A stretch of DNA of 64,000 nt from an uncultured Desulfarculus sp. Its GTDB lineage: Bacteria; Desulfobacterota; Desulfarculia; Desulfarculales; Desulfarculaceae. The DNA lies in NCBI GenBank assembly GCA_963665125.2, contig CAXXUK010000001.1, positions 3,456,001-3,520,000 of the forward strand. The letters are read 5' to 3'. The notes below the pieces were generated by a model, which was not told the DNA's origin, ran no database searches, and saw only the letters and a program-made list of their open reading frames with translations. The position numbers were made by a program, and so were the translations under genes. Position 1 is the stretch's first letter; each line of letters opens with the position of its first letter. Positions 1 to 9,866 of this stretch are shown in pieces.

Positions 1-51
1 GCGGTGCCGCCGTTATCGCGGCCACGGTCGGGGAGAACAGGGAGAAGGAAG

Positions 52-729
52 ATGAAACATAAACATCTGATAACGTTGGCCCTGGCCTTTGTATTGGGGT
101 TGTGCCCGGCGATACCGGCGGCCCAGGCGGCGGACACCATGAACTACTTCGCCCTGCGCGGCGGTTACGCCATGCCCACCAATATGGATATCCAGGCCTC
201 GGGCGGCAGCGGATCCGAGGCGTCTTTTGACAACGGCTACAACGTCAGCATTGCCTATGGCCGCCGCCTGGTGGAATGGCTCAGCGCGGAAATCGAGATC
301 GGCTGGATGGAGATGAAGGCCGACCAGATGAAGCTGAAAAACCGCGGCACATCCATCAACGACGACGGCAAGGATGAACACTTTTATGGCATGATCAACC
401 TCAAGGCCGACTGGCGCAACGACTCGGCCTTTACCCCGTACTTGGGCTTCGGCCTGGGCCTGACCAGGGCCACCATGGAAAACAAGTTCGTCTGGCCCGC
501 CACGGGCAACCAGATCACCCGCGACAGCAACGACACGGTGTTCGCCTATCAGGCATTTGTAGGTGTGCTGTGGAGCTTCAGCAGGAACTGGGGCCTGGAA
601 CTGCGGGGCCGCTATTTCGGCTGCAACGACCGCGAGCACGACAACCACGCCGCCGGCACCCAGCAGACCCTGGATGTGGACGGCAGCCAGATCTGGGTGA
701 TCGACCTGGGCCTTAATTTCGCGTTCTGA
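52..729 (+). CDS. Outer-membrane beta-barrel protein (OmpA/Opa-like 8-stranded family)
   Basis: ATG at 52 after purine-rich RBS; Sec signal peptide (..AAQA); 'FTPYLGFGLG' and 'FAYQAFVG' strands; C-terminal Phe. Confidence 0.8.
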   Translation: MKHKHLITLALAFVLGLCPAIPAAQAADTMNYFALRGGYAMPTNMDIQASGGSGSEASFDNGYNVSIAYGRRLVEWLSAEIEIGWMEMKADQMKLKNRGTSINDDGKDEHFYGMINLKADWRNDSAFTPYLGFGLGLTRATMENKFVWPATGNQITRDSNDTVFAYQAFVGVLWSFSRNWGLELRGRYFGCNDREHDNHAAGTQQTLDVDGSQIWVIDLGLNFAF

Positions 730-750
730 CAGTCTGGCCAACAGCGGGGA

Positions 751-786
751 AAAAGCCCCGCGGCCTTACGGACCGCGGGGTTGTTT
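751..786. terminator. Bidirectional intrinsic terminator
   Basis: ccccgcgg/ccgcgggg stem with A-run before and T-rich after, between convergent genes. Confidence 0.7.
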
Positions 787-801
787 ATGGTTTGCCTTCC
801 G

Positions 802-1158
802 CTAGCCCGTCCTGTGGCCGCGATCCTGTTTACGCTTCCAGCGGCGGCCCCGGACAAAACGGCCGGAGATTATGAACTCCACGACCATGCGGAGCTTATC
901 TGCCCATGAGTAGTTGTGGCCCGGCGCGTCTTGGGCCGGGGCGGTTTTCCCGAGATAGTCGCCAATGATCTCCCCGGCCCGTTGCAAATCTTCCTCGGCC
1001 ACGTAAATGGTCTTGGAGCTGACGGGTGTAATCATAGAGCCCATAAAGACGGTGCTGAAATGATCGTTGTCCACCCAATAACCTATGGAAGCCTCTTCCA
1101 GCAGGCTGATTAGAAACGACAATTCGACTTCGTTTTCAACAGCGTGGAGCTTGATCAT
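802..1158 (-). CDS. DUF2007-like putative signal-transducing protein
   Basis: 'ELSFLISLLEEASI...IYVAEEDLQRAGEII' pattern; C-terminal hydrophobic/basic tail. Confidence 0.6.
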   Translation of the reverse strand: MIKLHAVENEVELSFLISLLEEASIGYWVDNDHFSTVFMGSMITPVSSKTIYVAEEDLQRAGEIIGDYLGKTAPAQDAPGHNYSWADKLRMVVEFIISGRFVRGRRWKRKQDRGHRTG

Positions 1159-1185
1159 GCAGGAGACCCCCTGAGCCGGCGCGCC

Positions 1186-1692
1186 TTATTCCAGCTTGGC
1201 CGCGATCTTTTTGGCCAGGTCCATTGAAAGAGCCTTGCTCTTGGCCTCGTCGCCCACGGCGATCATCACGTTGAACATGTACTGGCCCTTGAGCACGGTA
1301 AGCCCGGCGCCCATCTTCATGCCCGTGCCGCCCCAGAACGCCTTGTCCCCGATGCCGGAGATGTCCTCGGCGCTGTCGACCATCTGGCGAGAGTTGTCAT
1401 AGAGCTTGTCGGCGCTCATGTGGGCCCGCATTTTTTCGGGCGGGAAGGTAAACGAAATCTGCACGAAACGCATCAGCGAGTCGTCGGTGGGCTCGTAAAA
1501 GCAGGTGGTCTGCCCGATGGGGTTGGGGCCGTTGGTCTTGGGCTGGGCCTTGACCGGCAGGCCCAGGATCTGCTGGGCCGTGGCCTGGTCGATGAAGTCG
1601 CAGGCGGTCAGGGCCTTGGCCGGCTGGCTTGCGCCGCTGGCCGCCAAAAGGCCCAGGGCCAAAATCAACACCACGGCGAAACGTTTTTGCAT
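1186..1692 (-). CDS. Secreted protein (DUF3558-like)
   Basis: ATG 1692 with AGGAG RBS; signal peptide; 'ACDFI', 'CFY', 'ISGIGDKAFW' motifs. Confidence 0.6.
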   Translation of the reverse strand: MQKRFAVVLILALGLLAASGASQPAKALTACDFIDQATAQQILGLPVKAQPKTNGPNPIGQTTCFYEPTDDSLMRFVQISFTFPPEKMRAHMSADKLYDNSRQMVDSAEDISGIGDKAFWGGTGMKMGAGLTVLKGQYMFNVMIAVGDEAKSKALSMDLAKKIAAKLE

Positions 1693-1717
1693 TGTTAAAG
1701 CTCCTTTTCGGGCAGCC

Positions 1718-2101
1718 TCAGGCCACCGGGGTAAGCCAGCCATAGGCCAGCAGGGCCAGTTGGGCCAAAGAGGCCAGCAGGGTCGCAATCAATAGAATAA
1801 TCGAAGCCGGGGTCTTGAATTGCTCCCAGCCCAGCTTGATGAAGATCATATGGGCGCAAAAGGCGAAGAGCCCCCCCGCCACCAAGACCAGGGACATGAT
1901 CAGGCCCGCCATGCTCTGAAGCATCAGTTCGGCCAATCCCCACAGGATCAGCCCCACCAAAGGCACGTGCAAAACCAGGAAAAAGCCAATGCCGCCGGGC
2001 AGGCGGAACAGCTCCCATTCCTTCCAATAGGCCGAGTCGATCTCGTGGACGATGAGCAGGGTTGCATTGACCAGGTAGGCCCAGAACAGGGCATCCCACA
2101 T
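1718..2101 (-). CDS. Small membrane protein (DUF6713-like)
   Basis: GGAGG RBS before ATG 2101; 'HEIDSAYWKEWELF' motif; 4 hydrophobic segments. Confidence 0.6.
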   Translation of the reverse strand: MWDALFWAYLVNATLLIVHEIDSAYWKEWELFRLPGGIGFFLVLHVPLVGLILWGLAELMLQSMAGLIMSLVLVAGGLFAFCAHMIFIKLGWEQFKTPASIILLIATLLASLAQLALLAYGWLTPVA

Positions 2102-2320
2102 AAAACGCCTCCAATGATTAGCCTGCCTCACCATAAGCGTTTTCAGGAAGGTGGTCAACGAAGGAAAATGATTACACTGGCCAGGCCCGAAGGCCCGTGC
2201 CGGTGGGGGGCCGGGGGAAAGGGAAGCCGCTTAAGGAAATCGGCCGCCCTCGCCCCCGGCAGGACAAACTATTACCCGGATAATTGGGCGATGACCGCTG
2301 ACTTTTTCCGAAGCCGCGGG

Positions 2321-2680
2321 TCAGCGCCGAGAGTACACGTTGACGCCGATGGTTATGCTGTTATTGCTATTTATGAAAACACGTTCGGAGGTGCAGCCCA
2401 TACCGTCTCTGCACATAACCAGGGTCGTACCGTCAAAACTCCATGTGCCTGAGAGTTTGATCCCTTGGATATAGTTTTGGACGTAACCGGTGCCATCGGC
2501 ATTGAACTGTAGAATAATACAATTATGGCAAGCGGCACCGTTAGTTGTGTCCATTCCCCAGGTGCCGATAATCGAGAACGGTTCGGGCGCGGATGATCCG
2601 CCACCGCCACCGCCGCCGCAGGCGGCAATCAATGCCGCGATGCAAATTACCAATGCGATTATTTTGATTTGATTAGTCAT
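2321..2680 (-). CDS. Small lipoprotein with Gly-rich linker (lipocalin-like domain)
   Basis: Lipobox 'IAAC' then GGGGGGG; 'IIGTW...FNADGTG...GTWS' beta-rich pattern. Confidence 0.65.
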   Translation of the reverse strand: MTNQIKIIALVICIAALIAACGGGGGGGSSAPEPFSIIGTWGMDTTNGAACHNCIILQFNADGTGYVQNYIQGIKLSGTWSFDGTTLVMCRDGMGCTSERVFINSNNSITIGVNVYSRR

Positions 2681-2744
2681 TTTGTTCCCCCCTTGGCGGG
2701 CCGTCCTCCCCGAACAACCCGGATAGCGCCTTGTCAGGATGGAA

Positions 2745-2786
2745 AATAAAAAACGCCATCCCGAACGGATCTGTCCGGGATGGCGT
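2745..2786 (-). terminator. Intrinsic terminator hairpin upstream of the lipoprotein gene
   Basis: Minus strand gacgccatcccg..cgggatggcgt followed by ttttttatttt. Confidence 0.65.
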
Positions 2787-2992
2787 CGTGGCCGGAAGCC
2801 AATTTAGCTCAACAAGCGGTTGGGAGTCAAGGATTGTTTAGAAACGATGAGAGGTTATTCGAAAAGACGTTCCGGTGATGTCGCCTGGGCGTCATTTTTT
2901 TGGGCAGAGGGCTAGAAAAGGCGCGGGCGGCCTGTTGCCTATTGGCAACAGATGGTGAGGCGAACGTCGTTCTTACGGCATATTCAGGGCAT

Positions 2993-3053
2993 AAAAAACC
3001 CCTGTACGCCGCCTCCGAAGCAACATGGCTATCATTGACGGCGCACAGGGTTG
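2993..3053 (-). terminator. Probable terminator of the por operon
   Basis: Minus strand aaccctgtgcgccg..cggcgtacagggg then tttttt, just after the porB stop. Confidence 0.55.
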
Positions 3054-3087
3054 GGGGGCAGGTTAAACGGCCACCAAGAGCCGTTGA

Positions 3088-4053
3088 TCACTCGGCATCA
3101 GGATTGGTCGCCTTGCATAAATTTAGCAGGCGATCCCACTCTTCGTCCACTCTTTTTTGAATAAATTGGATATCTTCTTCCTTCAAGTGGGCGAAGCGAC
3201 GCTGGCTCTTGAGATATTCCTCAACCGGCTTGGGTTTCTTGATGTCGCGGGTCAGGACGAAGCGTCCGTCGATGACCTCGAACAGCGGAAACACCTTGGT
3301 TTGCACGACCAGCCTGGAGACCTCGATGGCCGTGTCCGGTCCGCAGCGCCAGCCGGTGGGGCATGGGCTGTAAATGTGCAAATATGCCGGGCCGGGCACT
3401 GCGGCGGCCTTGCGGGCCTTGTTCATCAAGTCCAGATGGAAGGCCGGACTGGCGGTGGCCACGTAAGGAATCTCGTGGGCCGCGGCGATCATGGCCATGT
3501 TTTTCTTCCAGGTGGCCTGACCCTTGCTCATTTTGCCCGGAGGGCTGGTGGTGGTCATGGCGCCGTAGGGCGTGGAGCTGGAGCGCTGGATGCCGGTGTT
3601 CATGTATGCTTCGTTGTCCAAGCAGACATAGACGAAGTTGTGGCCGCGCTCCATGGCGCCGGACAGGGCCTGCATGCCGATATCGGCGGTGGCGCCGTCA
3701 CCGGCAAAGGCCATGATCTTGGTGTCGTCGTCTTTGATAACGCCCTTGCGGATCAGGGCCTTGCGGCCGGCCTCCACGCCGCTGGCCACGGCCGCGACGT
3801 TTTCAAAGGCCACGTGAATCCACGGAACTTCCCAGGCGGTCTGGGGATACGGCGAGGAGATGATCTCCATGCAGCCGGTGGCCGAGCAGGCGATGACCTG
3901 CTTGCCCACGGCCTTCATCACCTGACGCAGGGCCAAGACTTCGCCGCAGCCCTGACAGGCGCGGTGGCCCTTGCTGAAGGGCTCGACCAAGGGCATGTTC
4001 TTGGGCGTAATCTTTTCAACGTTTTTGATGGCGTCGGCAGCTATCGTGCTCAT
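3088..4053 (-). CDS. porB: Pyruvate/2-oxoacid:ferredoxin oxidoreductase beta subunit
   Basis: 'ACQGCG', 'ATGC', TPP-binding 'GDGATADIG...DNEAYMNTG', 'PCPTGW'. Confidence 0.93.
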   Translation of the reverse strand: MSTIAADAIKNVEKITPKNMPLVEPFSKGHRACQGCGEVLALRQVMKAVGKQVIACSATGCMEIISSPYPQTAWEVPWIHVAFENVAAVASGVEAGRKALIRKGVIKDDDTKIMAFAGDGATADIGMQALSGAMERGHNFVYVCLDNEAYMNTGIQRSSSTPYGAMTTTSPPGKMSKGQATWKKNMAMIAAAHEIPYVATASPAFHLDLMNKARKAAAVPGPAYLHIYSPCPTGWRCGPDTAIEVSRLVVQTKVFPLFEVIDGRFVLTRDIKKPKPVEEYLKSQRRFAHLKEEDIQFIQKRVDEEWDRLLNLCKATNPDAE

Positions 4054-5225
4054 TCCTTCACCCCCACCATCTCGCAGGGCATGGGAGCCCCGGCTTCAGC
4101 GGCCTTCAAGGTCTTTTCCATCATCATCTTGAAGTCGCCGCGGGTAACATCGCGGCCGCCCAGGCCGGCGATAAAGTTGGCCATGTAGTGCCTTTTGCCG
4201 TTGGCGAACAGCAGCGAGCTGAGTTCGGTGGCCACCGGACCGGCATGGCAGCCGGGGCTCAGGGCGCGGTCCATCACGCAGATGGGCTTGGCCTCGCCGA
4301 TGGCGGCCAGGAAATCGTCAACCGGGAAGGGACGCCACAGACGGATGTGCACCAAGCCGACCTTCTGACCGGCGGCGCGCATTTCGTCCACCGTGGTCAT
4401 GCAGGTCTCGCTGAGCGAACCCATGGTCACGAACAGGCTCTCGGCGTCTTCGGTCTTGTAGGTCTCCACCAGGTTGTACTGGCGGCCGAATTTGGCGGCG
4501 TAGTCGTTCCAATGCTCGCGGACCACGGGCAGGGATTCTTCCAGGGCCACCAGGCAGGCCTTGCGGGCCTCGGTGTAGACCTCGGGAACGCCGACCATGC
4601 CCATGCTCACCGGCTTGGCCGGGTCCAGCTTGTGGGCCGGAACATACTTGGGCAGATAGGCGTCGACATCGGCCTGCTCGGGAAACTCGATGGGCTCGAT
4701 GACGTGGGTCAGGATGAATCCGTCCATGTTGACGATGACCGGCAGGGTCACGCGGTGGTCTTCGGCGATCTTGAAGGCGGTCAGGGTCAGGTCCATGACC
4801 TCCTGGCCGTTTTCGGCGAAGAACTGCACCCAGCCGATGTCTTTCTCGGACATGATATCGCTGTGATCGTTCCAGATGCTGATAGGCCCGCTGAGGGCGC
4901 GGTTGGCCACGACCATGACGATGGGCAGGCGCAGCGCGCTGGCGATAAACAGAATTTCGTGCATCAGGGCCAGGCCCTGGCTGCTGGAGCTGGTAAAGGT
5001 GCGGGCGCCGGCGGCCGAGGAGCCCACACAGGCGCTCATGGCGCTGTGCTCGCTTTCGACGGGCACGAATTCGGCATCCAACTCACCGCTGGCGACCAGC
5101 TCGGACAGATGTTCGACGATATGGGTCTGCGGCGTAATAGGGTAGGCCGCGACCACATCGGCGTTTGCTAGCTTGACGGCCTCGCTGACGGCCAGCGAGC
5201 ACTCAAGCCCCACACGCTGGGCCAT
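4050..5225 (-). CDS. porA: Pyruvate/2-oxoacid:ferredoxin oxidoreductase alpha subunit
   Basis: 'YPITPQT', 'ESEHSA', 'GLGGRDV'; GGAGG RBS before ATG 5225. Confidence 0.93.
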   Translation of the reverse strand: MAQRVGLECSLAVSEAVKLANADVVAAYPITPQTHIVEHLSELVASGELDAEFVPVESEHSAMSACVGSSAAGARTFTSSSSQGLALMHEILFIASALRLPIVMVVANRALSGPISIWNDHSDIMSEKDIGWVQFFAENGQEVMDLTLTAFKIAEDHRVTLPVIVNMDGFILTHVIEPIEFPEQADVDAYLPKYVPAHKLDPAKPVSMGMVGVPEVYTEARKACLVALEESLPVVREHWNDYAAKFGRQYNLVETYKTEDAESLFVTMGSLSETCMTTVDEMRAAGQKVGLVHIRLWRPFPVDDFLAAIGEAKPICVMDRALSPGCHAGPVATELSSLLFANGKRHYMANFIAGLGGRDVTRGDFKMMMEKTLKAAEAGAPMPCEMVGVKE

Positions 5226-5532
5226 ACTTGTCCTCCTCTTTTTCTTCCTGCCAGGAAATAGCATCCTTGGGGCATTCCTTGACGCAGATGCCGCAACCCT
5301 TGCAATAATAGCTGTCCCAGTTGTAGTAGCCCTCGGCCTCGGCGTCCGGGCTGAAAGCCATGTCCGGGCACAGGATGTAGCACAGACCGCACTTGATGCA
5401 CTTTTCCCGGTCGGTAACCGGGCGGCGGCGGCTGCGCCAGTCGCCGGTGTTGAACCGGCGGGAGCTGCCCGGCTCGGTCATGGCGCAACCCAGGGCCAGG
5501 CTCTTCCAGGAGACCATACCTTCGTCGGCCAT
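5203..5532 (-). CDS. porD: 2-oxoacid:ferredoxin oxidoreductase delta subunit (2x[4Fe-4S])
   Basis: 'TGDWR', CxxCxxCxxxCP twice; start may be 5532 or 5538. Confidence 0.9.
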   Translation of the reverse strand: MADEGMVSWKSLALGCAMTEPGSSRRFNTGDWRSRRRPVTDREKCIKCGLCYILCPDMAFSPDAEAEGYYNWDSYYCKGCGICVKECPKDAISWQEEKEEDKYGPACGA

Positions 5533-5537
5533 GATCA

Positions 5538-6086
5538 TTACTCCTCGATTACGGTTTCTTTGAAAGCCCTCTCAAGCGCATTGAGGTTCTTGGCGGCGAT
5601 GCGGCCAAAGCGCTCTTCCAGGGGCTTTTTGATGGACTCGTGTTCCACCAGTTTGGCGGCCTTCATCAGGGCGCCCAGCATGGTGGTGTTGGTAATGGGC
5701 ACGCCAAGCTCTTCCTCGGCGATCTTGGAGGCGTCGACCACGGCCGTGCGGCCCTGGAACTGGCATTCGCCGCGCACGGAGGAAATGTCTTTGGAGCTGT
5801 TGACGATTAGGGTGCCGTTTGCTTTTAGGCCGGCGTTGACGCCGCCGATGGCCAGAAGGCTGGGATCCAGCACGATGACCACATCGGGCTCGTAGATTTT
5901 TTCCCGCAGGCGGATGGGCTCATCGGAGATGCGCAAAAAAGCCTGCAGAGGAGCGCCGCGGCGTTCGGGGCCAAAGCTGGGGAAGGCCTGAGCGTATTTA
6001 CCCTCGGCGATGGCCGCTTGGGCCATTAATTCCGCCGAAGTAACAGCTCCCTGACCGCCCCGGCCATGAAAGCGAACCTCGATCAT
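5538..6086 (-). CDS. porC: 2-oxoacid:ferredoxin oxidoreductase gamma subunit
   Basis: 'HGRGGQG', 'FGPERRGAP', 'PITNTTMLGA'. Confidence 0.93.
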   Translation of the reverse strand: MIEVRFHGRGGQGAVTSAELMAQAAIAEGKYAQAFPSFGPERRGAPLQAFLRISDEPIRLREKIYEPDVVIVLDPSLLAIGGVNAGLKANGTLIVNSSKDISSVRGECQFQGRTAVVDASKIAEEELGVPITNTTMLGALMKAAKLVEHESIKKPLEERFGRIAAKNLNALERAFKETVIEE

Positions 6087-6234
6087 AAGAGACTCCTTGG
6101 AGATACGATAAAGATTTCAATTTTTGCCGTTAAACAGGCAAGTATAGATACCGCCTCGTGCTGTGTCAAGCAGAGCAGGACCCGGCAATCACCGGACCCA
6201 AGTGCGGATTACCACTGATTTACAGTCAAAACGT

Positions 6235-6948
6235 CTATCGCCTGTCGCCGAAAAGGCGCAACATGAACAGGAACATGTTGATGAAGTCCAGATACAGGGT
6301 CAAAGCGCCGAGAACCGCCATCTTGGAGACGGTGGTCTCATTGGCCGCCTCCAGGACCAGGGCCCTGAGCTTCTGGGTGTCAAAGGCCGTAAGCCCCACG
6401 AAAATGCCCACGCCGATGACGCTGATGACCCAGTCTACCATGGGCGAACGGAAGAACCAGTTGACAACCATGGCCACCAGCAGGCCGATGAGCCCCATGA
6501 ACAAAAACTGGCCCATGCCCGACAGGTCTTTTTTGGTGGTGGAAGCCCAGACGCTGGTGATGGCGAACATGCCGGCGGTGATGAAAAAGGCCTTGGCCAC
6601 CGAAGCGGCGGTGTAGATTGAAATCACCGGGCTCAGGGTGACTCCGTTGAGCGCCGAATAGATGATGAACATCGTCGCGGCCGTGGTTACGCTGAATTTG
6701 CGTATGCCGGCGCTTATGGCGATTACCAGGCCCAGTTCGGCGAAGATGGCGATATAATACGGCCAGGTGAATCCGGTCTGGTAGTTGAAGAACGCATCCA
6801 TGGCTGACGGAGTAGTGACCAGATACCAGGCAATTAGGCCGCTGAGGGCCAGGCCCATGCTCATCCAGTTGTAGACGCGGCGCATGAAAGCGCTAACCAC
6901 GAGCGCCTGAGAGTCGGCCGATACACGTCCGTATGCGGTCTGATTCAT
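6235..6948 (-). CDS. Bax inhibitor-1/YccA family membrane protein
   Basis: 'FMRRVYNWM', 'TAFDTQK', 'GALTLYLDFINMF'; AGGAG RBS before ATG 6948. Confidence 0.9.
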   Translation of the reverse strand: MNQTAYGRVSADSQALVVSAFMRRVYNWMSMGLALSGLIAWYLVTTPSAMDAFFNYQTGFTWPYYIAIFAELGLVIAISAGIRKFSVTTAATMFIIYSALNGVTLSPVISIYTAASVAKAFFITAGMFAITSVWASTTKKDLSGMGQFLFMGLIGLLVAMVVNWFFRSPMVDWVISVIGVGIFVGLTAFDTQKLRALVLEAANETTVSKMAVLGALTLYLDFINMFLFMLRLFGDRR

Positions 6949-7228
6949 CTTTTTGCTCCTACCGGAATACAGGTTGGGTCGCCGGAAACGGCAGTATTTG
7001 AAACTTGGCTTCGCAACTGCTGGCAGAAATATAAAGTCAATATCCGGCCAGGTCAACCAAGACCATTGTTCACTCTATTGTACAACTTATCACTATGGTT
7101 TTATCAGTAGCACGATCGCGGCTATTTTCTAAGCATTTTTTAACGGCGCGGGCCTCCCGGCTTCTGCAAAGGACCCGTCTTGGTGCATAATGGGCCTAAT
7201 CGCCAAATTTTGCCGGGAGAAACCAAGG

Positions 7229-8281
7229 ATGACTGAAAACCGAAGCGCCAATGGCGGGTTGCTGATGTCCCTGGCCGCCCTGATCGTGGTGGTCGCCGGG
7301 CTCAAGGCGGCCTCGACCCTGGTGGTGCCGTTGTTGATGGCCCTTTTTCTGGCCGTCATCTGTAGCCCGCCCCTGCACAAGCTCCAATCCCGCGGCGTGC
7401 CCAGCGGCCTGGCCCTGCTCATCGTGCTGCTGGGCATAATCGTGGTGGCCACGGGGCTTTTGTTTTTCGTGGGCAACTCGGTGAACCAGTTCACGGACAA
7501 CCTGCCCTTTTACCAGCAGCAGCTTCAGGAGCGGTTGGCGGGCCTGGTGGCCTGGCTGGGCGGGTTCGGCTTGAAAATAGACTTCAAGACCGTGTCCAGC
7601 TATTTCGACGCCGCCAAGGCCATGCGCATGGTCGGCGGCCTGGTGGCCGGCCTGGGCTCTGTCTTGACCAGCGCGGTTTTCATCCTGCTGACGGTCATCT
7701 TCATGCTGGCCGAGGCCGCCGGGTTCCCCACCAAGCTGAGGGCCGCCTTTGCCGGCCGGGAAGACAGCCTGCCCAACATGGGCGCCATAGCCCAGAGCCT
7801 GGAGCGCTATACAGCCCTAAAGACCCTGGTCAGCCTGCTCACCGGCGTGGCCGTGGCCGTGTGGCTGTCCCTCCAGGGCGTGGACTATCCGGTGCTGTGG
7901 GGCCTGTTGGCCTTTTTGTTCAATTTCGTGCCCAACATCGGCTCCATCATCGCCGCGGTGCCCGCCGTGGTGCTGGCCTTTATCCAGATCGGCGGCAGCG
8001 CCGCCCTGGTCACCACCCTGGGCTACGTACTCATCAACGGCGTGGTGGGCAACTTCATCGAGCCCAAGCTCATGGGACAACGCATGGGCCTGTCCACTTT
8101 GGTGGTGTTTCTCTCCTTGGTTTTCTGGGGCTGGGTCCTGGGTCCGGTGGGCATGGTTTTGTCGGTGCCGCTGACCATGACTCTGAAGATAGTCCTGCAG
8201 GGCCGCGAAGACACAAAATGGGTGGCCATCCTGTTGGGCAGTGAGGAAGAGGCCCGGGCCATTCTCGGCCCGGAAAATTAA
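7229..8281 (+). CDS. AI-2E family transporter
   Basis: 'FLFNFVPNIGSIIA', 'IEPKLMG', 'WGWVLGPVGMVLSVPLT'. Confidence 0.9.
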   Translation: MTENRSANGGLLMSLAALIVVVAGLKAASTLVVPLLMALFLAVICSPPLHKLQSRGVPSGLALLIVLLGIIVVATGLLFFVGNSVNQFTDNLPFYQQQLQERLAGLVAWLGGFGLKIDFKTVSSYFDAAKAMRMVGGLVAGLGSVLTSAVFILLTVIFMLAEAAGFPTKLRAAFAGREDSLPNMGAIAQSLERYTALKTLVSLLTGVAVAVWLSLQGVDYPVLWGLLAFLFNFVPNIGSIIAAVPAVVLAFIQIGGSAALVTTLGYVLINGVVGNFIEPKLMGQRMGLSTLVVFLSLVFWGWVLGPVGMVLSVPLTMTLKIVLQGREDTKWVAILLGSEEEARAILGPEN

Positions 8282-8286
8282 GCGGG

Positions 8287-9408
8287 CTATTTGTTGCCTT
8301 TAAACAGTTTCGGATAGAGCTTTTCCATGCAGTCCGGACATATGCTGTGGGAAAAATCAGCATCCGAATGGGCTGATATATACGATTCGATCTGCTGCCA
8401 ATAGCCCTTGTCGTCGCGCACTTTTTTACAGCTGGCGCAGATGGGCAACAGGCCGCTGAGGTGTTTTACATCGGCCAGGGCCTGTCGCAGTTCAGCGGTT
8501 CTTTCCTGGACACGGCGTTCCAAGCCGTCATACATATCCTTTAATTCGGCCGACATGACATTAAAGTCCGTGGCCAGGTCATTCCATTCGCCGGGGAAAT
8601 CCAAGGGCAATTGATCGCCCAGATGCGCGGCGTCCGAAGCGATCATTTTTGTCTGCCTGCGCATCTTGTTCAGCGGTATGGTGAACAGAATCCTGCTGAA
8701 ATAGACAAACAAGAGCCCCAACAGGGCGATCAGGCCGAGCACGGCAACCGACAGCGAGACCGCCATGCGCTGGGCGGCGGCCAGGGGAACCGCAAGGGGC
8801 ACCCTGATGGAAATCGCTGAAACGACATCGCCTTCCGACCGGCCAAAGCTGCGCTCGGGCCCGAACACCTTGACCATGTCCGCCGGGGCCGCCGCCGGCG
8901 TGCTGTGACAGCGCAGGCATGGGCCCTCCATGGTTTCGCCGCGCCGCAGGACCTGGAGGTACTCCACCCCGTCTAGCGTGCGGACGTGCGATTCAACGCT
9001 GAGATCCTTATCCTTGTTGAGCCTGGAGATAAATGCGGCCTCCAGGACATCCGCCTCGTTTTGCGGGCTGCGGGCGTTGACGGCGCATTCCTTGTAATAG
9101 TAATTCGAGCCATCCAATTTCTGTCTGTATTGGTTAATGTTCCGCACGGCATGGGTCGACGACATCCAGACAGGATCGAAATAGGCGTCATCCATCTTGC
9201 CCTTGAGGGCTTCGAAGACGTTTGGTTTGAGTTTGTGGGAAAAATAAGTGTGGATGGCCAGGTTTTGGTCCAGGATGATCTTTGCCTTGGCTTCGGCCTC
9301 CTCCATAGCCAAGCCGTACATTTTGCGGTCAACAAACCACAGTATTCCGATCACCAGACAAAGCAGGATGATACCAAGCCCTACAAAGATGCGTGATCGT
9401 ATGGTCAT
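8287..9408 (-). CDS. Membrane sensor: periplasmic c-type heme domain (DUF3365/Tll0287-like) + HAMP + Cys4 C-terminal module
   Basis: TM, 'CLRCH' heme-binding motif, second TM, HAMP, coiled coil, 'LPICASCKK...SHSICPDC'; start uncertain (9408/9426). Confidence 0.75.
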   Translation of the reverse strand: MTIRSRIFVGLGIILLCLVIGILWFVDRKMYGLAMEEAEAKAKIILDQNLAIHTYFSHKLKPNVFEALKGKMDDAYFDPVWMSSTHAVRNINQYRQKLDGSNYYYKECAVNARSPQNEADVLEAAFISRLNKDKDLSVESHVRTLDGVEYLQVLRRGETMEGPCLRCHSTPAAAPADMVKVFGPERSFGRSEGDVVSAISIRVPLAVPLAAAQRMAVSLSVAVLGLIALLGLLFVYFSRILFTIPLNKMRRQTKMIASDAAHLGDQLPLDFPGEWNDLATDFNVMSAELKDMYDGLERRVQERTAELRQALADVKHLSGLLPICASCKKVRDDKGYWQQIESYISAHSDADFSHSICPDCMEKLYPKLFKGNK

Positions 9409-9819
9409 GGAAAAGACTCCGGCCAAGCATGTTGACTTGGGCGCGCCACAGCCAAAACCCAGACTGGCAACGCACTAACGCGTTATCTTTGGATACTTTA
9501 CACTATTTTAATGGCTGCGCGCTTGACCATCATATCCAAAAGAGCCCCGGCCCAGCGCTCCACCACATCGCCGTGTTTGCCGTTGCCCCCCTAACGCCGG
9601 CGGCCGGTCAGGCCGATTGATCGCCCCCCGACCATGGACGCCGACAATACCAATGTGAAGACCTGCCGGGCGCGGCGCCTCGCTTCAGATGTGGAGAGGT
9701 TTGATGCCAACTGGTTGACCGTTGGAGATACTTCACTGAGATTACCGGCTAAACACACTATCCATCCTTCCATTTATTCGCCGGCGGCAAAGAAAACACC
9801 TTAATCTCATAGATTTTTC

Positions 9820-9866
9820 TTGACTAATATTGCGGATAATCATTTAGTGGTATTATATATACCACT
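9820..9866 (+). promoter_or_regulatory. Putative sigma70 promoter with overlapping palindromic operator
   Basis: TTGACT 9820-9825, 17 nt, TTTAGT; inverted repeat agtggtat-N5-ataccact 9846-9866. Confidence 0.5.

Noticed and set aside
2598..2618. ccgcca-type tandem repeat
   Set aside because: Encodes the ordinary poly-Gly lipoprotein linker
3157..5171. Long plus-strand ORFs opposite porAB
   Set aside because: Antisense shadows typical of high-GC3 genes
9591..9804. Short ORFs on both strands of the intergenic region
   Set aside because: No clear RBS or protein-like composition
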